From: an uncultured Actinomycetes bacterium
Lineage (GTDB): Bacteria; Actinomycetota; Thermoleophilia; Gaiellales; JAICJC01
NCBI GenBank assembly: GCA_963701125.1
Contig: OY969568.1
Coordinates: 3,571,108 to 3,635,107, forward strand
Reading direction: 5' to 3'
DNA length: 64,000 nucleotides
Positions 56,360-64,000 of the stretch are shown here, one piece after another (position 1 is the first letter of the stretch; each line of letters opens with the position of its first letter). The notes under the pieces are model-generated. The model was not told where the DNA came from, did no database searches, and saw only the letters and a program-made list of their open reading frames with translations. The translations under genes and the position numbers were made by a program.

Positions 56360-57586
56360 AATACTCGCGCACCGAACCGCCATCGCGGCGTGTACCCCGA
56401 GGGCGAGGCGCCGCGGCTGGCCGCAGGCCCGGCCGGCGTGCGCCTGCGCATCACCGACACGACGTTCCGCGACGGCCAGCAGGCCGGCGAGCCGTTCACG
56501 CTCGCTGCGGCGCTCGGCCTGCACCGCGTCCTGGCAGCCCTCGACGCCGGCAGCGGGCGCATCGCCCAGACCGAGCTCTTCCTCTACGCCGACCGCGACC
56601 GCGCCCTGCTCGAGGCGATCCGCGAGACCGGAGCGCGCTTCCCCGAGCCGACGGCCTGGATCCGGGCCGACGCCCGCGACCTGCACCTCGTCCAGGCCGC
56701 AGGCGTCGCCGAGACCGGCATCCTGTGCTCGGCGTCCGACCACCACATCTACGGCAAGCTCGGCTGGACGCGGCAGGAGGCGTTCGACCGCTACATCGAC
56801 CTCGTCCGGGCCGTGATCGACGCGGGCATCCGCCCGCGCGTGCACCTCGAGGACGTCACCCGCGCCGACCTCGACGGGTTCGTCCTGCCGCTCGCATGCG
56901 CGCTGGCCGAGCTCGGCAGGCAACGGGGCGTCCCGGTCAAGCTGCGCCTGTGCGACACGCTCGGCCTGGGCCTGCCCTGGCGGGAGGCCGCGCTGCCGCG
57001 CAGCGTGCCCCGGCTCGTCGAGGCCCTGATCGCGTCGGCGGGCATCGCCCCCGACGACCTGGAGTGGCACGGCCACGACGACCTGGGCAAGGTGCACGCG
57101 AACGCCACCGCCGCGTGGCTCGCGGGCTGCGCGGCCGTGAACGCGACGCTGGGCGGGATCGGCGAGCGCACCGGCAACGAGCCGATCGAGCTCGCGGCTC
57201 TCGAGCTGGCCGGCATCGATCCAGGGTGTGGGCTCGACCTCTCGGCGCTCGGCGAGCTGCCCCAGGCGCTCGCGGCCGCCGGCGCGCCCGTCGCCGCCCG
57301 CCGTCCCGTGATCGGCGCCGACGCGTTCCTGACCCGTGCGGGCGTCCACATCGACGGGCTGCTGAAGGATCCCGAGATCTACCTCCCGTTCGACCCCGCG
57401 CTCGTCGGCCGCGCGGCTGACGTGGCCCTGAACGACCGCTCCGGCGCGGCCGGGGTGGCCTGGGTGCTCGGCCGCGACAAGCGCGACCCGGTGGTGGCGG
57501 CCGTCGCGGAGCGGATCGCCGAGGAGTACGCCGGCGGCCGCACGACCGACGTCACACCCGCCGAGGTGCGGGAGCTCGCCGGCTAG
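56342..57586 (+). CDS. HMGL-like (DRE-TIM) 2-oxoacid:acetyl-CoA synthase family protein (homocitrate/isopropylmalate/citramalate synthase-like)
   Basis: ITDTTFRDGQQ, LRLCDTLG, EWHGHDDLG, and GIGERTGNEP. Confidence 0.75.
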   Translation: MSRQINNTRAPNRHRGVYPEGEAPRLAAGPAGVRLRITDTTFRDGQQAGEPFTLAAALGLHRVLAALDAGSGRIAQTELFLYADRDRALLEAIRETGARFPEPTAWIRADARDLHLVQAAGVAETGILCSASDHHIYGKLGWTRQEAFDRYIDLVRAVIDAGIRPRVHLEDVTRADLDGFVLPLACALAELGRQRGVPVKLRLCDTLGLGLPWREAALPRSVPRLVEALIASAGIAPDDLEWHGHDDLGKVHANATAAWLAGCAAVNATLGGIGERTGNEPIELAALELAGIDPGCGLDLSALGELPQALAAAGAPVAARRPVIGADAFLTRAGVHIDGLLKDPEIYLPFDPALVGRAADVALNDRSGAAGVAWVLGRDKRDPVVAAVAERIAEEYAGGRTTDVTPAEVRELAG

Positions 57587-58650
57587 GCCGCCGCGGGCGT
57601 CGGGCGGCGGGCCGCCCAGACGCAGTTGCGTCCGCCCCGCTTGGCGGCGTAGAGCGCGGCGTCCGTACGTGCGATCACGGTCTCGGCCGTCTCGCCCGCG
57701 TCAGTCACCAGCGCCACCCCGGCCGAGACGGTGATCGGGATCGCGCCGGCGGTCGTTGCGAACGGCCGCTCCGCGGCGGCGGAGCGGACGCGCTCGGCGA
57801 TCGTCATCGCGAAGTCGGCGTCGGCCGTGTGCGGCAGCAGGATCAGGAACTCCTCGCCGCCCCAGCGGATCAGCTCGTCACCGGCGCGCAGCGTCGTGCG
57901 CACCCGGCGGACGAGCTCTCGCATGACCTCGTCCCCGACCGGGTGCCCGTGCACATCGTTCACAAGCTTGAAGTGGTCGATGTCGAGCATGACGAGCGCC
58001 GGGCGCTCAGGGCCGCGCATCCGCTCGCGGCCGAGCTCGGCCTCGAGCCGGACGAGGCCGTAGCGCCGCGAGCGCGCGCCGGTGAGGGGGTCGGTGTAGG
58101 CGTCGGCCTCGGCGGCCGTGCGCGTCTCGCGGAGGGCCACGATCTGGCTGTACCCCATCAGCCCGACCACGGCGAGCGCGATGATCCCGACAACCGTCTC
58201 GAGCACGCTCGCGCCGGCGACGCCGCCACGGAGCGTGGCCGCCGCGAGCGCGGCCGATTCGAGCGCGATGGCGAGCGCCGTCATGCGCAACGAGAGCCAC
58301 GAGCCCACCCAGCCGACGGGGAGCACGAGCATCAGCACCAGGTAGGCGTTCGGCGGGCGGGCCACGTCCAGCTGCAGCGCATACCACCACGCCGGCACGG
58401 CGAGCACCTGGACCGCCCACACCCAGCCGGGAACCGGCCGCTTGACCAGGCAGCGCCCGGCGATGAGGAGCAGCACCGCGGAGCTCACGAGCAGCGTGAG
58501 CGCCGGCCGTGTGTGCGGATGGGCGAGCCAGGCAGCCGCGAGGCCGACCGGCGCGAGCGTTCCCAGGAGCGCCGCCGCTGACACGCGCTGGACGCCGGCG
58601 CCGTCCTCCTTGAAGGGTGCGACGAGCGTGTGATGCCAGCTGCGGTCCAT
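57583..58650 (-). CDS. Membrane-bound diguanylate cyclase (GGDEF, with I-site)
   Basis: About 5-6 TM segments, then RAGDELIRWGGEEFLILLP (RxxD I-site five residues before GGEEF). ATG at 58650; the ORF track extends to a TTG at 58689. Confidence 0.85.
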   Translation of the reverse strand: MDRSWHHTLVAPFKEDGAGVQRVSAAALLGTLAPVGLAAAWLAHPHTRPALTLLVSSAVLLLIAGRCLVKRPVPGWVWAVQVLAVPAWWYALQLDVARPPNAYLVLMLVLPVGWVGSWLSLRMTALAIALESAALAAATLRGGVAGASVLETVVGIIALAVVGLMGYSQIVALRETRTAAEADAYTDPLTGARSRRYGLVRLEAELGRERMRGPERPALVMLDIDHFKLVNDVHGHPVGDEVMRELVRRVRTTLRAGDELIRWGGEEFLILLPHTADADFAMTIAERVRSAAAERPFATTAGAIPITVSAGVALVTDAGETAETVIARTDAALYAAKRGGRNCVWAARRPTPAAA

Positions 58651-58682
58651 CACCTCATGAGATCGGCCCGGGGCGTGCGCGT

Positions 58683-58717
58683 TTGACAAATCAGATCTTT
58701 ACGTACAAAATCAGATT
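58683..58717 (+). promoter_or_regulatory. Promoter-like AT-rich region (TTGACA ... TACAAA) with direct repeat ACAAATCAGAT / ACAAAATCAGAT
   Basis: ttgaca at 58683-58688. Repeats lie at 58686-58696 and 58705-58716, just upstream of the arsR-like ATG at 58722. Confidence 0.5.
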
Positions 58718-58721
58718 TGCA

Positions 58722-59279
58722 ATGCAGGATGTCCTCTACCTCGAGCGCGTCGACCAGGCCGAGACGCTCCTGAAGCCTCGTCGCGTCGACCTGCTCAAGC
58801 GTCTGGCCGAGGAGCGCACGTGTACCGAGCTCGCCGCCGAGCTCGGTGAGTCGCCCCAGCGGGTCTACTACCACGTGAAGAAGCTGGAGGCCGCGGGACT
58901 GGTGGAGCGCGTGCGCGAGCGGCGCGTCCGCGGCATCGCCGAGGGCATCTACCGGGCGCGCGCCCGGGCCTACTGGCTCTCGCCCCGGCTCGTCGGCGAG
59001 CTCGGCGGCCCCCGGCGCGCCCGCGACGCGTTCAGCCTCGGATTCCTGCTCGACCTGGCCGAGCAGCTCGCCGGCGACGTCGCCGAGCTGGCGCAGCACG
59101 GCACCGAGACACCCTCGCTCGGGCTGACGGGCGAGGTGATGCTCGCGCCCGATCGCCGCGACGCCTTCCTGCGCGACCTGCAAGCGACGTTCGAGGCGCT
59201 GCTCGAGCGGCACGGCGGCGGCGAAGGCGAGCCGTTCGCCCTCGCGCTCGCCTGCTATCCGAAGGGAGACCCACAGTGA
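58722..59279 (+). CDS. ArsR-family HTH transcriptional regulator
   Basis: RVDLLKRLAEERTCTELAAELGESPQRVYYHVKKLEAAGLV. Confidence 0.8.
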   Translation: MQDVLYLERVDQAETLLKPRRVDLLKRLAEERTCTELAAELGESPQRVYYHVKKLEAAGLVERVRERRVRGIAEGIYRARARAYWLSPRLVGELGGPRRARDAFSLGFLLDLAEQLAGDVAELAQHGTETPSLGLTGEVMLAPDRRDAFLRDLQATFEALLERHGGGEGEPFALALACYPKGDPQ

Positions 59280-60136
59280 CCGAGACCGTGACATATGCCC
59301 TCGCGCACCGCATCGAGGCCGCGCCTGCGACCGTGTTCGAGGCGCTGACCGAGCCCGCCGCCATGTGCGAATGGCTCGCGGACGACGCGGACGTCGATCT
59401 GAAGGCCGGCCGGTACGAGTTCTCCGGGCCGACGGTGCCCGGCAAGGAGCGAGCGCGCCAGCGGCTTCTGAGCGCCGACGAGGCCCGGCGGCTGCGATTC
59501 GTGTGGCGCCTCGACGGGCTCGACACCGACGTGCGGATCGCCCTGGAGCCCGACGGCGACGCCAGCACGCTCACCCTGACCCACGCCGGCGTGCGAGCGC
59601 GTGAGGGCGCCGAGCCGTCGGTGCGCGACTGGTGGCACCTGACGCTCGACAACCTGGCGAGCTTCGCCGAGGGCCGCGGCCTCGCGCCCCGCGTCGACCT
59701 GACGCGGCCGCCGGGAACCAGCGTCGATGGTGCGGTCGACATCGACGCCCCGGCGGAGCAGGTGTGGCGCTCGCTGATCGAGCCGGCACAGCTCGATCGC
59801 TGGATCGCCGCGCGCGCAACGGTTGAGCCGCAGGTCGGCGGCGTCTACGACTTCGGCTGGGATCACGGCCCGATGCGGATCCTCGCGCTCGAGCCGGAGC
59901 GGCGGCTGGCGTACTCGTGGCGCCGGCCCGGCGACCCCGACACCGTCGTCACGTGGGAGCTCGAGGACTCCGGGGGCCGTACGCGGCTGACCCTCGTCCA
60001 CAGCGGCTTCACCGACGCCCGCTCGGCGGGCGGCTACAACGTCGGCTGGGGCGCGTTCCTCGCGAGCTTCAAGCGCATGCACGAGCTCGAGGGCCGCTGG
60101 CGGCCGGTGCAGAGCGTCGAGCCCGTCACCGCCTGA
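59276..60136 (+). CDS. Tandem SRPBCC/AHSA1-domain protein
   Basis: Two repeats of the AHSA1-like pattern (IEAAPATVFEALTEPAAMCEWL; IDAPAEQVWRSLIEPAQLDRWI). GTGA overlap with arsR, a common pairing. Confidence 0.75.
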   Translation: MTETVTYALAHRIEAAPATVFEALTEPAAMCEWLADDADVDLKAGRYEFSGPTVPGKERARQRLLSADEARRLRFVWRLDGLDTDVRIALEPDGDASTLTLTHAGVRAREGAEPSVRDWWHLTLDNLASFAEGRGLAPRVDLTRPPGTSVDGAVDIDAPAEQVWRSLIEPAQLDRWIAARATVEPQVGGVYDFGWDHGPMRILALEPERRLAYSWRRPGDPDTVVTWELEDSGGRTRLTLVHSGFTDARSAGGYNVGWGAFLASFKRMHELEGRWRPVQSVEPVTA

Positions 60137-60160
60137 CGGCATCGCTAGACTCGGCCGGCA

Positions 60161-60799
60161 ATGGCCGACTGGGTGACAATCTCGTCGCTTGCGACGGCGG
60201 GCGGGACGCTGGTTCTGGCGGTGGCGACGTTCTCGTCGGTGCGCTCGGGGAGCCGCTCGGCCCGCGTGGCCGAGCGATCGCTGATGGCCGGCATCCGGCC
60301 CGTGCTGATGCACTCGCACCTGGAGGACCCGCCGATCAAGGTCGGGTTCGCCGACAACCACTGGATGATGGTCCCCGGCGGCAGCGGAAAGGCGGACGTC
60401 ACACCGGAGGCGATCTACCTGGCCATGTCGCTGCGAAACGTCGGCAACGGCATCGCGGTGCTGCACGGCTGGCGCTTCTGGCCGCAGCGCCAGACCGGCG
60501 CCGACGCAGAGGCGCCGCCGCTCGAGGAGTTCAACCGCCTGACGCGCGACATCTACCTCCCGGTGGGCGAAGTGGGCTTCTGGCAGGGGGTCTTCCGCGA
60601 CGCCGCGAGCCAGGCGTTCGCCGAGGCGGCGGCGGCGATCGAGCGCCGCGACGCCGTCACGATCGACGTGCTCTACGGCGACCACGAGGGCGGCCAGCGC
60701 GCGATCACCCGCTTCGGGATGAGCCCACGGCCCGACGGCGACACCTGGATCGTGGCGGCCGCCCGGCACTGGAACGTCGACCGCGACGATCCGCGCTGA
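60161..60799 (+). CDS. Hypothetical membrane-anchored protein
   Basis: N-terminal TM (ISSLATAGGTLVLAVATF) and balanced composition. No family recognised. Confidence 0.5.
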   Translation: MADWVTISSLATAGGTLVLAVATFSSVRSGSRSARVAERSLMAGIRPVLMHSHLEDPPIKVGFADNHWMMVPGGSGKADVTPEAIYLAMSLRNVGNGIAVLHGWRFWPQRQTGADAEAPPLEEFNRLTRDIYLPVGEVGFWQGVFRDAASQAFAEAAAAIERRDAVTIDVLYGDHEGGQRAITRFGMSPRPDGDTWIVAAARHWNVDRDDPR

Positions 60800-60857
60800 G
60801 GGTTGAGTCACCGGCGGCTCCCGCCGATATTCGCCTCGTGGCAACAACTGGAGGCGA

Positions 60858-61379
60858 ATGATGGACCTGCCGGTGTGGGTGACGGTGATCGTGGGGCGGA
60901 TCGTCGGTGGCGTCGTGACCGGTTTCTTCGCGGGCGTCGTGCTCGCGAGCGTGCTGTTCGCACATTCGGCGGGCAGCGGCCTGTCGCAGTCGACGACGCT
61001 CACGTACTCCCTCGTGATCGCGTGTGCGGGCGCCGCCGTGACCGGCGTGGTGACGGCCCTCCTGCTCCCGTACCTGTCCGGGTGCACCGTCGCGATCGGC
61101 ACCGCGGTGCTGGCGTCGTTCGTGGGTGAGATGGTGCCGTTCGTCGGGTCGGCCCTGTTCATGCGCGCCGCGCTCGACTCGCACGGGTACTCGTCGTGGA
61201 CGCTGCTCGCCGGCGTCTCGCCGCTGCTCGGGCTGGGACTGACCGCCGTGGGCGTGCTCCTGACCGTGTGGATGATCCAGTCGTCCACGACGATCGGCGG
61301 GTCGCGCCGCGGCCCGAACATCGACCTCTACAGCCGCGCCCGGCAGACCAGCCTGGACGAGCCGCCGCCCGAGCTCTAG
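60858..61379 (+). CDS. Hypothetical integral membrane protein
   Basis: Four to five hydrophobic segments in 173 aa. Confidence 0.55.
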   Translation: MMDLPVWVTVIVGRIVGGVVTGFFAGVVLASVLFAHSAGSGLSQSTTLTYSLVIACAGAAVTGVVTALLLPYLSGCTVAIGTAVLASFVGEMVPFVGSALFMRAALDSHGYSSWTLLAGVSPLLGLGLTAVGVLLTVWMIQSSTTIGGSRRGPNIDLYSRARQTSLDEPPPEL

Positions 61380-61405
61380 CGGCACCCGCCGCATACACTG
61401 ACTGC

Positions 61406-62245
61406 ATGAGCCTTCCGGCCCGCGCAGGCACCGTCACCCGCACACGGCTGACCGCGGTCGACCTCGGCGACGGCCGCCGCCGCACCGCCGATGCCCTCGC
61501 CACCGAGGAGCCGATGGAGATCCGTGTCGATGCGCCCGGGATGGAGCAGCGCCGCGTGGCCGTGACGATGCGCACGCCGGGCAGCGACTTCGAGCTCGCC
61601 GCCGGCTTCCTCTTCACCGAGGGCATCATCGGCGGCACGCGCGACGTGACCACGGTGCGCTACTGCTCGGTGCCGCGCGAGGAGCAGATGTACAACGTCG
61701 TCACGGTCGACCTGAGCCGGCCTTATGACGCCGACCTCCTGCAGCGCAACTTCTACACGACGTCGAGCTGCGGCGTGTGCGGGAAGGCGTCGCTCGACTC
61801 GATCGCGGTGCGCTGCGCCCCGGTGGCCGAGGGGCCCGACGTGGCCGAGTCGGTCGTCGTCGCGTTGCCCGACCGCCTGCGCGCGGCCCAGCAGGTCTTC
61901 GAGCGCACCGGCGGGCTGCACGCCGCCGGCCTCTTCGACACCTCCGGGGAGCTGCTCGAGCTGCGCGAGGACGTGGGCCGGCACAACGCCGTCGACAAGC
62001 TGGTCGGCCGGGCGCTGCTCGCCGGCGAGCTGCCCCTGTCCGACCGCGTGCTGATGGTGTCGGGCCGGCTGAGCTTCGAGATCGTGCAGAAGGCCGCCGT
62101 GGCCGGCATCCCGATCGTGTGCGCCGTCTCGGCGCCGTCAAGCCTCGCGGTCGACACCGGCCGCCGGTTCGGGATGACGCTCGTCGGCTTCCTGCGCGGC
62201 AGCCGATTCAACATCTACACCCACCCCGGGCGCATCACTGAATAA
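61406..62245 (+). CDS. fdhD: Formate dehydrogenase accessory sulfurtransferase FdhD
   Basis: SSCGVCGKAS, GGLHAAGLF, VGRHNAVDK, and SGRLSFEIVQKAAVAGIPIV. Confidence 0.9.
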   Translation: MSLPARAGTVTRTRLTAVDLGDGRRRTADALATEEPMEIRVDAPGMEQRRVAVTMRTPGSDFELAAGFLFTEGIIGGTRDVTTVRYCSVPREEQMYNVVTVDLSRPYDADLLQRNFYTTSSCGVCGKASLDSIAVRCAPVAEGPDVAESVVVALPDRLRAAQQVFERTGGLHAAGLFDTSGELLELREDVGRHNAVDKLVGRALLAGELPLSDRVLMVSGRLSFEIVQKAAVAGIPIVCAVSAPSSLAVDTGRRFGMTLVGFLRGSRFNIYTHPGRITE

Positions 62246-62262
62246 CACGGGCCAGGCCCGAT

Positions 62263-63207
62263 TTATTCAGGCTTGCGGTTCTGCACGTACTGGAAGCCGA
62301 AGCGGCCCTTGATGCAGAGGTTGCCGTGCGTGACGTCGTGGTCGAGCGGCGAGGTGACCTTGACGATCTTGTTGTCCTGCACGTGCAGCTCAGGCTGCAG
62401 CCGACGCCGCAGTAGGGGCAGATCGTCTCGGTCATGCGTCTGCGCCGACTCGTCCCAGGTGCCCGCCGCGCGCATGGTCGTGCTCGCTCTTGAACATCAG
62501 CGCGCCCGTCGGGCAGACGGCGATGCAGTTGCCGCAGTAGACGCAGGCCGAGTCGGGCAGCGGCGCGGCGAACTCGGTCGCGATGCGGGCGTCGAACCCG
62601 CGTCCGGCGACGGCGATGGCAAACGTGTTCTGCCAGTCGGTGCCGCAGCCCTCGACGCACTTGTAACAGAGGATGCACTTCGCGTAGTCGCGCACGTAGA
62701 GCTCGTTGTCGACCTTGACCGGCTGGGCGACGGTGGCCGCGGTCTGACCGTCGCCGGCGTGGTGATGGCCGGCGCGGGCGTGATCGCGGACGCCGGCCGG
62801 CGCGGGCGGCGCCGGCGGGCCGTAGCGCTCGCGGCTGCGCCCCGTACTCGGCCGATCCAGCCGTCCGACGTCTCGGCGTCGTCGAGAGGTCGACGCTCGA
62901 GCCCAGGAACTCGAGCACCATCTTGCGGCTGTGGCGGACGCGCTCGGACGCCGTGCTGCACCACCATGCCCGTCCTCGGCCTTGCGCGCGCACGACGGCA
63001 CGAGCACGCGCGAGCCCTCGACCTCGACCATGCAGACGCGGCAGGCGTTCACCGGCGTGAGCGTCTCGCCGTAGCAGAGGGTCGGGATGTCCAGGCCCTG
63101 CGCGCCGGCAGGCGTCGAGGATCGTCTCGCCCTCGCGACGCCGCACCGCCTCGCCGTCGATCTCGAGCTCGACGGTGCGGCGCACTGCTGACAGGCACGG
63201 CGCTCAT
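62263..63207 (-). pseudogene. NuoG/FdhA-like Fe-S N-terminal region of an NAD-linked formate dehydrogenase alpha subunit, multiply frameshifted and lacking the molybdopterin catalytic domain
   Basis: Conserved pieces are scattered over all three minus frames: TVELEIDGEAV..ILDAC; LDIPTLCYGETLTPVNACRVCMVEVEG; KMVLEFLGSS; CILCYKCVEGC; CVYCGNCIAVCPTGAL; ETICPYCGVGC; VQDNKIVKVTSP..HGNLCIKGRFGF. The reading frame stops at 62263. Confidence 0.8.
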
Positions 63208-64000
63208 GCGACGCCCGCCTCGGCGAACGGCCGCAGGCTCGCGGATCGCGGACTCGATCGCGCTGGCCGCGGTCTGGCCGAGGCCGCAGATCGAGGCGTC
63301 GCGCATCGCCTGGGCGATCTCGTCCAGCAGCGCGAGCTCGTCCGCGACCGTGCCCCGCGGCCGGTCCGATCGCGAGCCGCAGCAGCGCCTCCTGCTGGCG
63401 CACGGTGCCGACCCGGCAGGGCACGCACTGGCCGCAGGACTCGTCGCGGAAGAAGGCCGCGATGCGGAGCAGGATCGGCACGAGGTCGACGGTATCGTCG
63501 AACACCATGATCACGCCCGAGCCGAGCGTCGCTCCCGCTGCGCGCGTGGCCTCGAACGAGAGCTCGAGGTCGAGCAGGTCGGGCCCGACGAACGCCGCCG
63601 GCGGCGCCGCCGAGGAGCACCGCCTTCAGCTCGCGCCCGCCGGCGACGCCGCCCGCCATGCTCGATCACCTCGCGCAGCGTGATCCCGAACGGCGCCTCG
63701 TAGAGGCCCGGCCGCTCGACGCAGCCCGAGACGGCAGAACAGGCGCGTGCCGGTCGACTGCTCGGTGCCGATCTCGGCGAAGTGCGCCGCCGCCCTCGAG
63801 CACGATGTCGAGCACGTTGATCAGGCGTCTCGACGTTGTTCACGACGGTCGGCTTCCGGAACAGGCCCGACGTCGACCGGGAACGGCGGCTTGTTGCGCG
63901 GCTCGCCGCGGAAGCCCTCGATCGAGTTGAAGAGCGCCGTCTCCTCGCCGCAGATGTAGGCGCCCGCCCCCTTGCGCAGCTCGATGTCGAAGCGCAGGCC
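63204..64000 (-). pseudogene. NuoF-like (FdsB-like) NAD/FMN/4Fe-4S subunit, partial at the window edge and multiply frameshifted
   Basis: Pieces lie in different frames: VERPGLYEAPFGITLREVIEH; GSGVIMVFDDTVDLVPILLRIAAFFRDESCGQCVPCRVGT; MRDASICGLGQTAASAIESAIR. Its TGA overlaps the ATG of the downstream pseudogene. Confidence 0.75.

Overview
This is a very high-GC, Actinomycetota-like chromosomal segment. It is densely coded, and many adjacent genes share 1-, 4- or 8-nt start/stop overlaps (GTGA, ATGA). All calls come from reading the translations and DNA by eye; no searches were run.

Gene content, left to right:
- 1-7.5 kb: an integrase-associated island beside a 3' fragment of an initiator tRNA-Met gene. 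It carries an excisionase-like HTH, one intact and one decayed tyrosine integrase, an ECF sigma factor, and a HEPN/Abi_C-like protein divergent from an AAA ATPase with a nuclease-like tail.
- 7.5-12.4 kb: small housekeeping and secreted-protein genes.
- 12.35-22.56 kb: an eight-gene, translationally coupled Wzx/Wzy-type polysaccharide cluster.
- 22.6-36.7 kb: FtsX-type ABC permease, MFS/MarR pair, phosphoesterase, Rieske oxygenase, GNAT, PAS histidine kinase, a frameshifted trpS and a membrane-anchored molybdopterin oxidoreductase.
- 36.68-44.06 kb: a six-gene minus-strand operon of zf-UBP, receiver/TrxR-like fusion, CAP-domain histidine kinase, non-Pyl MttB-family methyltransferase, enolase-superfamily enzyme and a HAL/PAL-fold protein.
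- 44.2-53.3 kb: an MCP, then add, a HAD hydrolase, and an activated-methyl-cycle operon (homocysteine methyltransferase fusion, metK, PfkB kinase, ahcY).
- 53.6-64 kb: P450 with ferredoxin, a GH26-like protein, an HMGL-like synthase, a GGDEF protein, an ArsR/SRPBCC pair, fdhD, and a heavily frameshifted NuoF/NuoG-like formate dehydrogenase relic.

Main leads:
- The six-gene operon is the strongest candidate for an undescribed system. Its HAL/PAL-fold protein lacks the Ala-Ser-Gly MIO triad, which fits betaine catabolism under an unusual signalling module.
- A 13-bp palindrome, GGGGAC(T/A)GTCCCC, occurs only as doublets at three intergenic sites.
- The island's HEPN plus ATPase-nuclease pair is a possible defence module.

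No rRNA, intact tRNA or CRISPR array was seen. Many very long ORFs in the six-frame track are GC-driven artefacts.
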